Assembly: GCA_965637545.1 (NCBI GenBank)
Contig: OZ281496.1
Location: 16,368,001 to 16,432,000, forward strand
Reading direction: 5' to 3'
Length of the DNA stretch: 64,000 nt
DNA from: Phallusia mammillata
Taxonomy: Eukaryota
A program made the position numbers and the translations under genes. Every line of letters starts with the position of its first letter. The stretch's first letter is position 1. Below are positions 24,543 through 38,524 of the stretch, piece after piece. The notes beneath the pieces are model-generated. The model had not been told where the DNA came from, ran no database searches, and was given only the letters and a program-made list of their open reading frames with translations.

Positions 24543-27500
24543 CGTCAGTGGAAAACCAAACTGGGTTATGTCCAAAATGTGTTTGTTGAGAAAACGGCGA
24601 AAAATTTTTTATCTTGTACAAAGTACTTTTATATTCCACAGTTTACAACCTATTGTTTTCAAACTTGGTATAATTCAGAACATTTATGTAGTCTGTCTGA
24701 CCAATTTTGTTTCATAATCCTAATGCGCCCCCATTTTTTTTGACCCCCCCCCCCCCCCCCCCAATTGGAGACAGCCCAGTTTAAATTTCATTTTTTCTGA
24801 ATGTAAATGTGACATAACCCATAACATTAAATGACTATTATGGTGCAAGATGTAATTTTCATGCATGTGTATTAGATTTTTTTATTAAATTATTGTATTT
24901 CAGGAATAGCTAGTGCTTGGTAATTGATGTTTCTTTTTTATTCTTCTTCTACATTAAGGGCATGGAAAAATGGATGGAAGTGTGGTGGTATTAAGTTTTT
25001 ATCACACAGTTTGGAAAGGTCCCTGAACTTTTCCTTGGAAATTCCTAGCTCTTTGTTGTATAGTTGTGGCAAAGAAATCATTTTAACCTGATTCAAAGAA
25101 AAGGCTGTTTTTCTGAAATTACACACTGCTGAAATTCGCTGTCTGTATAACTGTACTAAAAAAATAATGGCTTTTCCTTGAGGAATTTCATTGACATCAC
25201 TTTTGACCAATACAATTTCTCTCCTGCATTTTTTCCTACATCAATCTTCAAAGAGTTTTTCCACACTGGATGAAACCATGGCAAACTTTTTGGATTTTTA
25301 AAATCACTGACAGAAGTGTAATCAAAAACCTCAACTTTAGGTGTATGCTTTTGGAACGACATTGTTATTGCAGTTTGCCACTGGTCAGTTGTGAAGATTG
25401 TTATGTTTTTTGTCGCAGTTTCTATTACAGAGTGTGCATTATCATTCTCATTTTGAGAATGTCCAGTGACTAAAAAATTTAGAGTAATTTCTGTAATATT
25501 TAAAACAATGCTAGCATAGGATAACATCACAACAACTGTTCTATTATTGTTCTGGCCACCACATCTGTCAGAAAAAATGAACAACCTCTTTTCCCAAACT
25601 ATTTAGGCCTTTCAAATATTTGAAAACAGCTGTGGACACCTCACAAGATCCTTTTTTTGCTTGAGTTTCGTTCCACAGAAAACATGCAGTTTCCATTGAA
25701 TTTATATCTGTTATTGTAAAATTGTAGTTTCTTAACCTTTGTGAATAATAAAAAGATGATGTCTGGCCAAAAGGGCATAGGAGCGTTTTTTTGAAAGTCA
25801 AAGGCTGCTACTACTGTATTTGCACTTTCCTTTAAACAGGATTTAAACTGCCTTGCATGTTCTTTTTGTTTAATGTGATTTTCATGACAGATAATTTGAT
25901 CCTCACTTCTAATGTTTTCTGGTGTGCTGTCAAAGCCGGAGCACAAATCACAAATATCCTTTTTCGGTTTCTTCATTTCCAGATTGAAGCGAGTGGTAAA
26001 TGTTCTGCGGTAAAAATCATATGTCTAATGGTTTTCATACCTTTTTCATTACACCATGCTATATACATGCGATGCATTTCTTTAACCGATAGCTCTTCTG
26101 GCAAGTACTGCCAAGCGGAGTTTTTCCTAACATAATGCGATTAAACTGTTAGGAATTGTTCAATATGTTCGATAACACGAGCTTCCCTTTCTTCTCAAGC
26201 ACTGTTGTGACTCCCCCTTTTTACACGACCATCGGTTGACACAGTTCCACTTTCAGTTGTCCTGCCTAAAGCTGTTGTGATTCTCTTCTTATTGATATTG
26301 AGTGTGTTGACAAAGAAACTTGCCAAACCTTTATACACTTACGACTCCCTTCACTTCACACTTTTTGCTGTGGCGCGGAACCTTGTGCTTTTCTTCGGAA
26401 CACTACTAACAAATTTTGTAATAAAGGAGCGTTGCAAATTTATATCTTTTAAATCCCAAAAGTCTTCATTCATTTGTTTCCTCACATCTTCTGTAAATGA
26501 TTTTGAACATTGCATTCTGCATTCACAGGTGGGTCCTGGATTTCCACAAGGTGCACTATATTCATTTACAGGACAGCCAAATTACCCACTACATTCATTA
26601 CCCACTGTCTTTCATTACGTTTGTGCTTTCTATTTTGAAGCACATTTGGTTTCCTTGCATCCGAGCCCAACTGGCTAAATTCTGTCGCGGACATTTTTGT
26701 AACATACTTCATATTCCATAGAACAGAAGAACCTATGCAATTGATATCTGCATCAAATGATACCCACTCACGGCAGCTCTTTTTAAAACAGTGCATATAA
26801 AAAACCTTTCATCACCTTTCTGCATAATGTGTCCATGTACTGTCTGACTACCATCTGTCTTGGAAAACTTTGCTTCAAAAACTTCCTACTTCTTCTGTGA
26901 GAGATGTCTCACTTGCATCTTTTTCAATACTTGTGGTGGCTACATCATCTTTCACTGAGCTTTCGGTACTGTCACTTTTAGGGATTTTCCTACATTTTTC
27001 TTTTTTTGACACTTCTGGTATATATTCGATGTCGCTGCCATCAGAGAAAACATCAGATTCGCTAACACTCTGATTCTGTTTGAACTGGAGTAGCACTACA
27101 AGTGTCTTCTAAAAACAACTTATGAGTTTCAATGCTGCTCTTGCTATCATCAATTTCCCAGTGAACAATCCATTTTTTTCCAGTCTTCCCTGTAACCTTT
27201 CCATATAAACGAGCATCTCTCCAGTTTTTCCCAAATTTCTAATAAGACCACCTGTCCTCTGTTACACTGGTATTTGCATCAAAATGCCAGGCATCTGTTA
27301 ACACTGCCGAATTAATTCTTGTGCGATGCATCTCTTGCTTGACCTTATACACCTAAGTTAATATTATTCTTTTCAATAATATAAGTACACTTTATAAATA
27401 CTTCACATTTCAACTGAAAAAAATTGGTATTCCCACCACTCATAAGTTCCACTAAATAATTGTAACATGTAATTTCTAAATAAACTGTTTAAAAGAATAA

Positions 27501-27809
27501 CAAAAACTAACTAACAATTAAATTTCACAGACACCTTTCTTGAAGTTTAATTTTTAAAGGTGTATGCCTTTAGTTGCAGTGCAGATCCTGTTAAAAATTT
27601 GAATTCTAAAGGGGTCTATGTCCAAAATGTTTGGACATAGACCCCCGTATTGTATTCAAAGCAACCATTGAAAATGGACATAGCTGCTATCTGCTTAATC
27701 TTATAAGATACACAGACAGTAAGAAAGAGCTATGTCCAAAACTAAAGAATATGCAAAAAAGTGAAAAACCTCAAAAATGGACATAGCCCAGTTTTGTTTT
27801 ACACTGACG
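24543..27809 (-). mobile_element. Sola1 DNA transposon with frameshifted transposase (~24938-27100)
   Basis: 31-bp TIRs cgtcagtggaaaaccaaactgggttatgtcc vs cgtcagtgtaaaacaaaactgggctatgtcc (28/31). Motifs PKKDICDLC, DFQK, FYYSQRLRNYNFTI, WNETQAKKGSCEV, SDRCGGQNNN and GHSQNENDNAHSVIE. Flanks atct/actt form a degenerate A..T 4-bp TSD. Confidence 0.85.
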
Positions 27810-29315
27810 ACTTGCATCCGTTAAACTTATTACCGGTAACACAATAAGGAGGTGACAACATCACGCGGCCAAGAAACAGCTTCTTAGTCTGGCTTTCCAT
27901 GGAATTTTAGTCTTCCATGTTAAGACTAAAATTCCACTTCTTGTTTTGGATATCAAATTTACGTCCACAAGAGTGACTTTCCTGCAACTTGAAAACACAG
28001 TTTTATTTACATTGGGTAACGCAAATTTGTGACGTACGTGCCACAACAGTACGTGAGAAAAAAAATGTTAGTTAACCCGATGGCAACGAGAACAACAAAC
28101 AATTATCATCAACAACCGTTTGTTCATTGAGACACCAGAAATTAAGCAATAAAAAACAAAACAAACTTGGTTAGGCGACAAAAAATAGAAGAATAAAGCC
28201 GTGGCCTTTACTTCCTACCAAGGGTAGTTGTGCTTGGGCCCCCTACCAGCAGCGTAGGAGCTACGAAACATGGAAAAACGTTTCTTGACAACAGAGTGTC
28301 TTCGAAGAGAGTGCAACAATTGCGTCATTCTCAGTTAACAGAGACATATGGAGAGACGATCATGATGCTTTCGGGCTTCGGGTGAATTCCTGACCAGCGA
28401 CACTCCGATTCATTGATCAATTAACAATTCCATTTTCAAGTTGGGCAACCTTTTTTTCATTTCTGCCTCCCAAGAAGAGTCCACATGAAAATCGTTGAAC
28501 CTTCATGATCCACTTTAGTAATGATAGTGTTTAAATCTTCATCTGGCATGAACTCGCAGATGTACTTGGGTACAAACATCTTTCGCAACACTTGATGTTG
28601 TGAGAAGTAGAGTAGTTGGTTCCTTCTTTAAATAGTCATTGTTTTGGAGAACTAATTTTACGAGCAAAGTTGTTGTGTTTTCATTTATTTACAATGCACA
28701 CCAAAGGAAATAAAAGTATTTGACCATTAGTTAGCAACAAACTTACTTTTAACCATCCATTTTAATTGCTTTTTTGGAAAATAATCATCAGGGTGAAGCT
28801 TGTCAGAGATCATTTGCTATGTATTTCGGCTATGACGACATCTTGTACAACAGTGGCGTCACGAACCACAACATTTCTTTGCATAAAACAACTCTTTTCA
28901 ACAGCATTCCTTCATATGCCATTTTCCCGATAGATCCCATAACTTGGCAATACAGGCTACATATTACATGCATGTTCAGTTTCAAAGCGATCAGTAGATT
29001 TTAAGTTCTGCAAATATAGCATCGAATTCAATAAACATTACCAAACCACATTAGCAACGAACTGCGAGACTTTAAGCAACAAGGCTTACCGGAATAATAC
29101 AATTATTTACAGCAACAGCACCTAGGCTGACGACGGTGGAATCCATGGTGTTCAAATTAAAAGAAAAAACAGTCTTTATGGCTGTCATGCACAGCATTGA
29201 AGTTTTGGTTTGTTGTACCTTATAAGGACTGAATTAATGAATGTACAATGTTATGTTATTGTTTGTGTGGGGAAATCTATTTTTTTTACAGAAAAACAAA
29301 TCTATCCTTAAAAAA

Positions 29316-32300
29316 TGTTTGTGGTCGAAGAATTCATTGATGAAAGAACTGTTGAGATAACTCACTCAACATGGATCAAACCTGGCAGTGCCCCGGTAAG
29401 CAACTCTTAAATATCACTAGTTGTAGCAAGAGTAAAAAAATCGGTTGATTCAATGTTTTTGGCCCCGTTCTGGAGCCAAACAAAACGCAAAAAAGGAGAG
29501 AAGCCTGATCCACAAAACTGGAGTCAGCACAACATAAGAATACTCCATCATACTAATGTTTGTGAACACATACACACCATACAGTTTTGCTTTTAACTAT
29601 AAAATATTACACAAGGCATCTGTTCATAAGCTGAATCGGTGAATGGGCCAAATATTTGAGCATGTTGCATTTTCAGGGGGTTAGGGCTATTAATTTTTCT
29701 CATTAAACATTATAAATGTTCTTTGAGTTAGTGATTTATGGTACTTCTCATGTAATTATAATGTGTTGTTGCTCTGTGTTTTTAAAATAATCATCATAAA
29801 TTACAGTTGACTTTAACCAAGCAATGAGGAAGTAGTGCAATCGTGCAGAGGAAACATCAAACTTGGACTCCGATGAAGATAAAGATATAAAAACAAGAAA
29901 GAGGCCAGCGCGATTTTTGTTTAATGAAGGTCAGATAAGCTTATTTTACTTTTTGCTAAACAAAGTATATGTAATTTATTTTTTTACTTTTTGTCAAGCA
30001 TATAAATCTAAAAATAAGTTTGATAATAAAACACAGTACAAAAGCCGGTTATCTGTAACACAAAAAATACATATTTTTTTTATTTTGATGTAGTAGATAA
30101 TTAAAACCAAATCACTTTCCTTGCCAAACTCATGGTTTCATGATAGTAAAGCAAAATTTAATAGTCTGTGTTGCTTATGTTTTGCATGCAATATTAAGAT
30201 GAACCTCAAGTCCCAGACGAAGGTGAAAAAGGCTCCTTCTCTGGTGTGATTTTTTTGTATTTTTGCTATGTCTACAAATTATACATCACATAACCGACAA
30301 CTGTGTTGTAGAAGCTGAATCGTCAAACTAAAAGGCAAAATTAAGGTGAGTTATTAAGGCAATGGCAATTTTGCTTGATCTAAAGAATAGTGATCATTGT
30401 AAATTTGTGTCACAGACTTTGAAGAACAAGAAACTGAGGATCCACCACAGCCTGAAGAAGGTGGAGTGCTGCTCATTGTCATTCTTATTTAATTGTTATT
30501 TGTAGATTTCACATTGGGCGTAATTTTAAAAGAAGTGAAGGAAATTAGAGTTGGTGATGGCAATAAAGATTTGGAGGAGTTTGATCTTCTCCAAAGTCCA
30601 CCCTCAGTTATTCTAATTTCAGAAACTAAAATAAATATCAAACAGGTACCTTTTGACACCAACATTAGCGGATACTCATTTTACCATGTGGATTCAACCA
30701 CAATGGCAGGAGGTGTTGGCATTTATGTGCAAGAAAACTTGTCAATTAACGTAAGAAATGACCTAACTATCAATACTCTGCACCAATGCGAATATTTGTG
30801 GTTAGATGTAAAACACCTAGGACAAACTATTGTTATAGGTGTAATTTATCGCCATCCTTGTCCAGACTTTGAAGATTTTGAGATGAGCTTTATCAAATGC
30901 TTAGACCAAATGCAACAAAAAAATCAAACATACTATGTTGGGGGTGACTTTAATATAAATCTTAAAAGTATCGCAAATTCCGTGAAAATCAAAAACTATG
31001 TAAATCTCATACACAGCACAGGATGCAGTATTCCAATCACACACCCAACCAGATACAGCACTCACAGTCAACCTTCCATTTTAGATCACTTTTATACAAA
31101 TTCAACACACCACATACTACCAGCAGTTCTAAAATTTGAAATTTCGGACCACTTACCAATCATACTGAATATCCACTGCTCAACACACCTCCATAAAATA
31201 CAAACTCCCTTGCTTGTTAGGTCACTCAAAAACTTTCACACTGAAGACTTTCAAGGTTATATTTGAATTTGCAACACTTAGCAAGTGCAACACTCAACGA
31301 CCTTGACCACAAATTTACCACATTTATAAATATATTTACATCCACCCTACAAGACCATGCTCCACTACGCCACCTTTCTAGAAAAGAAACAAAATTAAAA
31401 CAAAAACCTTGGATAACAAAAGCCATTTTAAAATCAATCAAAACAAAAAATAAGTTATTCCGAAAATGTTACAAACACAAAAATGACAACAATCTGATCA
31501 AATACAAAAATTACAACAACAAACTAACACACATCAAGCAGTTAGCAAAAAAACAATATTACCACAACAAATTTCAAAACAACAGTACTTCAAAACAAGC
31601 CTGGAAGACAATAAAAGAAATTATTAATAATGAAACTAAACAAACTACCATAAATTGCATTGAGAAAGATGGAAAAAAGTACACAGATATCAATGATATC
31701 GCAATACAAATGAATGAAAATTTTTTAATGGTCGGAAAAAAATTAGCAGAGCAAATACAATCCACAGAAACACAATATCAATCATATTTAAAGAACAGCA
31801 ACCCCAAATCTTTTTTCTTAGCACCCACTACAGAGTTTGATGTACGGCAGCAAATAAAATCCTTAAATCATAAAAAATCACAAGGCCCTCACCAGATACC
31901 CATTTGGGTCATCAAGATAGCAATAGAAGTAATCACCCCATACTTAACAGACCTTTACAATGAATGCCTGACAATATTCCATGTTCCTACTTGTTTAAGA
32001 ATAAGTCATATTACACCCATACCTAAGGTAAAAAGTCCAACATCATGTTCGGATTACAGACCAATTTCCATGACCCCAATATTTTGCAAAATCGTCGAGA
32101 AAATTGTCACAATACAACTACATAAATTCCTCAAAAAAAACACCAATTTGGATTTCGGAATCCAATTTGGATTCCGGCAAAACCACTCCACTGACCTCCT
32201 CACAGCAGACCTACATGAAAACATTTTACAAAGTTTAGACAGACACAACCATCAGTGTACCATATTCATGGACCTATCTAAAGCTTTCGACACTATTAAT

Positions 32301-34240
32301 CACCAAATTTTAGATCATAAATTACACCACTATGGCATCAGAGGCGGACCACTGGACTTAATTAACAGCTTTTTATCCAATAGGAAACAATATACAAAAA
32401 TTAACAACACCCTTTCAACAGCAGTCACACCAACACATGGCTTACCGCAAGGAAGCATTTTGTCACCTCTTTTATTTCAAATATACGTAAATGACTTTTC
32501 GCATTCCTGCAACCTGCATAGTCGAATGTTTGCCGATGATACAATTTTATTCGAATCAGACCAAACAATTTCAGACCTACAAACAAAAATTCAAATTGGC
32601 ATTGAAAAGGCTGATGTATGGATGCGTTGTAACAAACTATCATTAAATTATGCAAAAACAAACTACATGATATTTCACTACACCCGGCCACCAGACATCC
32701 AAGTTTTTTCAGTCAAAATCGGGAACTATTCGATTTCACGAACCGCAACAACAAAATACTTAGGATTAATATTTGATAGTCGACTTTCCTGGAAAATGCA
32801 TATTTCAGAAATTTCATCAAAAATTTCCAGATCAATAGGAATTTTAGCCAAAATAAAAAAATATGTTAATCAGCCTACCCTTTTAATCGTATTATGCACT
32901 CAGTCACTCACATCTTCAGTACTGCATAATCAATTGGGGACGAACATATCCAACAAATTTAAATCATATCAAAGTCCTTCAAAATAAAGCAGTTAGAATA
33001 ATTTCAAACAGCTGCATTACAACCCATTTAAAACCAATCTACCAAAAACTTGGCATTCTCCAAATAGATGAACTGGTTAAATTCGAAGTTGCCAAATTTA
33101 TGTTCAAATTTGAAAAACACCTCCTGCCATCAATATTTAACTCTTATTTTGATCTCACCTCCAACATTCATTCTCATAATACAAGGCAAAGTCAACTAAA
33201 AAACTTTTTCCATCCCCGCGTTCAAACAAACTTCGGTAAAAAAAGTCTAAAATTCTCTGCAGTTGTACTATGGTCCGCGATTCCCAATAACAATAAAACA
33301 TTCTCATTCCCAAAATTTAAATCAGCAATTAAAACTCAGCTACTAAACCACATGTTATGATTACAAACTCACGCAAAACAACACGTGCACAACGGCAAAA
33401 TTATCCAATGCGGCAGCGCATTTCCATGCGATAAGGCTGGCGTAAATTTTCAACTTTCACTTGCTTTTCGTGTTTTGTTTCTCTACCGTCATATACAAAT
33501 TTTCCATGTTAGTGTTTTCTTAAATAAAATTCATTTCCAGCGTATAAACTACTTTTTTCCTGAATCACACATGCACACTCTTTTCGTTTTCATTTAATAA
33601 CGTTCGCTTACTGCTACCGTTTTTGTTTTTTTCATTACGTGCACTTTTTGTTATTGTTTGCAACTTTTGCTCTACCTGCTTTAATACTGTGTTTCGTTTC
33701 TATACAATTTCGAGCCACGCAAGATAATTTTTTATGTTTGTGTTCTTTATGCATCTGCGTGTACAAACATGTTCGTGCGTGTGTATGTGTAATTTTTTTG
33801 TGTAAGAAGGGGTAGCTGACACGATGACCACAGAGTCTTTCGCTGCCCCGCACATTCTCCTTTCATTTAATTTTCCCGTTTTTGGTGTTCAAATATTTGT
33901 GCGAAATAAACTTACTTACTTACTTACATTGGAATCATTAACCGAAATTGAAACCAAATTACAAAGCAAATCGTTTTAAAAGTCCTTAGTAAGTAAATTA
34001 GGTTTTTTGGATATCTGTCATACACAAACAAAACTTCCTGTGTAAACGTTAAGTGCTGAATTCTGTGTTACATGTTATTAAGTCTCTTAGGATTTCATTT
34101 TTAGGTAAACTTTTTGGCAAGCCTGGGAAGTTCCTCAGTTGGAGATTGTGTGCGGAGAATTATGAAGCTGCTTGGGACCAACAAAATGTGGTCTGAATAT
34201 AGCTACAAAGGTAGAAAAGGAAAAACACCATTCTGTTTTA
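29316..34240 (+). pseudogene. Spliced DUF4806/BEN-like gene interrupted by a LINE
   Basis: Exons read MFVVEEFIDERTVEITHSTWIK, QCFWP...NWSQHNIRILH and AEETSNLDSDED..RKR. The C-terminus SLTEIETKLQ..SL|VNFLASLGGSSVGDCVRRIMKLLGTNKMWSEYSYKGRKGK fits the DUF4806 pattern. Confidence 0.65.
30576..33928 (+). mobile_element. 5'-truncated L2/CR1-group (Crack/Daphne-like) LINE
   Basis: APE endonuclease (ISETK, GGVGIYV, IGVIYRHP, GGDFNI, LDHF, SDHLPI) and RT (YRPIS, QFGFR, DLSKAFDTI, GLPQGSILSP, FADD, KYLG), split by frameshifts. (ttac)n tail at 33911-33927; 5-bp TSD ttgga (30571-30575 and 33929-33933). Confidence 0.92.
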
Positions 34241-34313
34241 AGTATGTTTTTTTATAATGGCCCAAATAAATGACATTGAATCCAGATTTTTTTTTATCAG
34301 AGGCATGTTTGAG

Positions 34314-37300
34314 GACATATCTTGGTATAGTATCCTTACTCGATATGTGGTTGAACATTGGAAGACGAGAGAAGACTGTCGGCGTTGAATAGACAAGTCA
34401 CATTAAGCTTGTTTTGAACATCACGTTGAATCGGATCAGTGGATGGAGCTAGGAATCTCCAGATCAGGAAAGACATCGACACCATATCGTTCTCATTCTG
34501 CAAATACATGTCAAAAACTTCAGAAGAACAATAACGGTAAATATATGGTGTCACTTCATCACTGAGTGCAAAAATAATTACTGCAATGCAAATAAATAAG
34601 CGACAAACTAGTATGGCGACAAACTATCGCATGTTACCTTGTAGATAGCTTCACACTCCCCCAAGTCAAACACGAACACCGGATCTGACCCCGCGACCTT
34701 GCAGTTGTCGTTGAGTTGTGAAAGGGGAGTTTCCCGGTCCAGTGCGATGTAAAGCGTGTCACCAAGTTCATAATCAAGTGTGTGTCGTTCGTGAGGTGTT
34801 ACTCTGCAAAAAAATAATTAATTGGATAATTTTTTTGAATCATAAAAGAGAATCAGTCAGTTGCATATCTCGTTCTGTCTGAACAGAGTAGTTGATATTG
34901 GATTGAGGACATTTGTTTAGAGGCTGATTTGCACAGATAATATTAAGCTACATTTGCAACTTTTTTGAGAGAAAAGTATCAATACGTTTAACATGACACA
35001 ATATAACAAAGCAATTTAAATAAAAAATCTACAACTTACGTAATAGTCAAATTTTGTTCTCAGCATTCAATGGATGGCGGCGGCTCTAAAGTGATGGTTG
35101 GCAAACCTGCAAGGTGATTTAAGAGAAGCTTTTTGAGTCCCAGTTTACCTACGTCTTTAGGGCAAAATTGTAGTACGTCATCTTGAATTTTTACGCGACT
35201 ATATCTAGGATATGTTCGTTGATTGGTGGCTAAAAATGCCAGTGTAATTAATTCGGGTAGTCAAACTCTATCATTCATGTTATACAAGGTCTGTAATGTT
35301 AAATAAGGTTTCATAATGCTGGTTAAATACAAATTCTATAAGTTAGAAACTTGGTGGAATAGTCAGAGAAGCGTGATAGATAAAACCTGATATTCCCACT
35401 TGGAAAAAAAACAAAGAAGTCACCTGTAAGAATGACGGTTGCATTAAATCCCATTGAAGTTACATTGCCATCGCTGACGAACAAAACAGTGAGAGTTGTA
35501 GAATTAATTCGAACGTCTTGTGCTACTTGATCCCCAGTAAGACTTCGTACATTGTCATTTTCGTCCTTAAACTAGACAATATATAAAATTTAGATCATCA
35601 CAGCCCAAAATCCTGGCAATGCTTAAGCAAACAAAATAACTTAGAACAACTGCCTTTGAGTATAGGAATATTATCACGAATGTAAATGTTTTCCATAAGA
35701 ACTATAGTTATAGATGAATAGATTATAATCTGTTAATTGTTGCAATCATAACGATTAAAAACCCCTTTTACATTATTATGGTATACATTAGAAAGATACT
35801 ATGGGCACTGGTTCAAAAGTAGTCGAAATAATGGGGAAAAAATCTGTTTGAACCCAGGACTTAATATCACCCTTTACATTATTATAGCATACATTAACCT
35901 GTGGTCATCATTGGCAACAAGTAAAGTTGTTAAAGTTAACAAATTTGTTCCAGGATGTGCTGGCGAGGTAAACTACTTTAATTTCATGACACTGATGTAA
36001 GTAACAGTCAACTCACAAACAGAACATCAGCATCAATTTCAGTGACGAAAGAGGAAAAGTGAAACACAAAGGACGTCATTTCTTCAACTTCAAATCTCCA
36101 TAGACAGCCAGCGTTGTTTTGGTAATTACTTGGAAAGTTAGGTGACATTAAATGATACACTGTGCCAGTAACATTTTCTCCACACGTTTCAGCTAAAATG
36201 TAATTTTAAGTTTAACTTAACTTCGTGTACCCTTAGCATATCGGAAAAGTTAGAAAGGAGTTTTCGTTTTGGGTCGGGTTTGGACGCTCGGTTGATCTTG
36301 CTACATTTAGAAAATCTATTAACACAAGAAATCACTCGAGAAAAAGTTCTACATACCGTTAGGTGTCGCAAAAGGCATACGCGAATATTTCAAATGGATT
36401 TGTGTCACAACACTGACGATTAGATCTATTAGGGTTAAGGTGGGGCTTCAACCAAAGAACTTAGTTCCTAACCTTAGCCCAGTCTCCGTCTCTCACTTTT
36501 AAAATGATACCTACTGTACATTACTTAAGGCAGTGAGTTGCGTATCTGAATTACCAAGTCACGTGACTAGTTAAATGTGCCCCATTCATTCAGCTAAACT
36601 AGAATAGGTGACGCATAGAGTTAAATTATTAATTTGGCAGCTAATGGGGGGTATGGTGGAGTTTTGTTGAATTTTAAGTGATAATGCCCTACCGCAACCA
36701 AATAGTCCCAACTGTCAGCACTTTGGGATATATACCGCATCAAAGAGGTGTCTGTGCTCTGTCGTAAAGCTTAGTCTAACTCGTCTGTAGGAATTATTAA
36801 CTTGTCTGTAGGAATTATTTTTCGTGTGCCATGTAAATTTTTAATTGTTCAGGTTACAAATGTCATTTTACTCTAATTCATTCTATTCCATTCTTTGAAC
36901 GAACAATTTATAGAAATAGAACTTCAACACTGCCACATATGGCGAGGTTTCATTTTTTAAAAATTATTGGGCTTCGTTTGTACTTGTTGCTCAGCTAGAA
37001 ATTTTTCCGTGGTTCTGAATTAAATTGGTTTTAAATCCTTTACGTATAACAAGGCATTGACTGGAAAAATCTAGTTTGCGATGGAATTCGAACTAACTGC
37101 AAAAGTCCACAAAGTGCAAGTGTCAAATCAATATAATCTGACTTACCATCGTGAATAATCAAAACGACAGCAGTCGTGGTGAGATTCGTCAAACAATTCA
37201 CATAGGCAGATGGGGTTCGAAGTATTACAGGAAAGGACTTCCCTCCACCAGTTATGATTTCAGTCAATTTACCCGAGTCGTCATTGCCCTCGTAAACCTG

Positions 37301-37560
37301 CGGTAAAAGGTTTAAGGACTAATGCTAAGGGCTAAAGTTTAAGATTTAGGACACCTCACAGTAGTTGTTTTGAGCCAGGAAACCGGAAAGGTAACGGGCC
37401 ACTATTCGAGTGGATCCCAGATTATGAATAAAACTTGAAGTAAATGTGTCGCAATATGGTGGAATGGTTCTTGCAAACTGACCGCTCACCAAACGCCCGC
37501 GGCTGCACTGAGAATCCCCAACTGCAAAATTAAACAATAGATGTAACAACAAGATCTAAA
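34314..37560 (-). pseudogene. Partial inverted copy of the CUB-CUB-ZP gene, truncated after ZP-N
   Basis: Reverse-complement copies of the exons at 39103-42268; ends abruptly at 34314. Confidence 0.75.
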
Positions 37561-38344
37561 ATTAGTCATCAAAAGCTGGAATAGAGGTCGGTTCTTGAAA
37601 GTTTGTTTCGTTTAATATATAGCACGACACAACAAACCATGTTTGTCGAAACAAACAATATTTTTACCTTAAGGTATGTGCAAGTGTAAAACCATGCAAA
37701 TAAACTTATCTCGACCATTCCACATCAGTTACCAAATATGACGTCACACTTTGCGCTGCAGTGACATGTAATTTCAGGAGAATCAATTTTTCTGTTTTAT
37801 GCTATAAAACATAATTTTCTTGCCGTGCATGGGCGCCCTAATAACGTTATTTTAGATAGGTGTTACGTGATTTTATGACATACCACGGTATATACGTCAC
37901 AACAACATTTGAAATAAGCAACAAGAATTTGGTCACACAAATAGCCACAAACGTCACAAACACTTGGAACCCTCATTCCATTTATGTTCGGTTGTGCAGA
38001 TAAAGCGCATTTGTCCAATCAGCATCTCTAGGTCAGGGGTGTGCAACCTTTATTACAGGAGGGCCAGAAATGAAAAACTGGAAGAAACCGCGGGCCGCAT
38101 GTTCGTTTAACCTAGCCTAGGCTTTCTAGCAGTTGTAGGCACTAATCTAGTTTCTTTTCGTTATTAATCTGATGGCATTATTAGGGGTTATCTCTTTGCA
38201 AAACATCAAGTTAAGACGCATAAATTACTGAAGAAAACTGCTATTCAAATTTATTTCTTCCAGTTTTTCATTTCTGGCCCTCCTGTAATAAAGGTTGCAC
38301 ACCCCTGACCTAGAGATGCTGATTNNNNNNNNNNNNNNNNNNNN

Positions 38345-38524
38345 NNNNNNNNNNNNNNNNNNNNNNNNNNNNNNNNNNNNNNNNNNNNNNNNNNNNNNNN
38401 NNNNNNNNNNNNNNNNNNNNNNNNNNNNNNNNNNNNNNNNNNNNNNNNNNNNNNNNNNNNNNNNNNNNNNNNNNNNNNNNNNNNNNNNNNNNNNNNNNNN
38501 NNNNNNNNNNNNNNNNNNNNNNNN
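38345..38524. other. Assembly gap (180 N)
   Basis: Run of n. Confidence 1.

Noticed and set aside
28200-28620. Coding-like minus-strand stretch (MFVPKYICEFMPDEDLNTII...)
   Set aside because: No recognisable motif; frameshifts and stops.
38035-38310. Ordinary hAT MITE with TIRs
   Set aside because: The flank is inverted along with the TIR instead of forming a direct 8-bp TSD; treated as the palindrome centre or an artefact.
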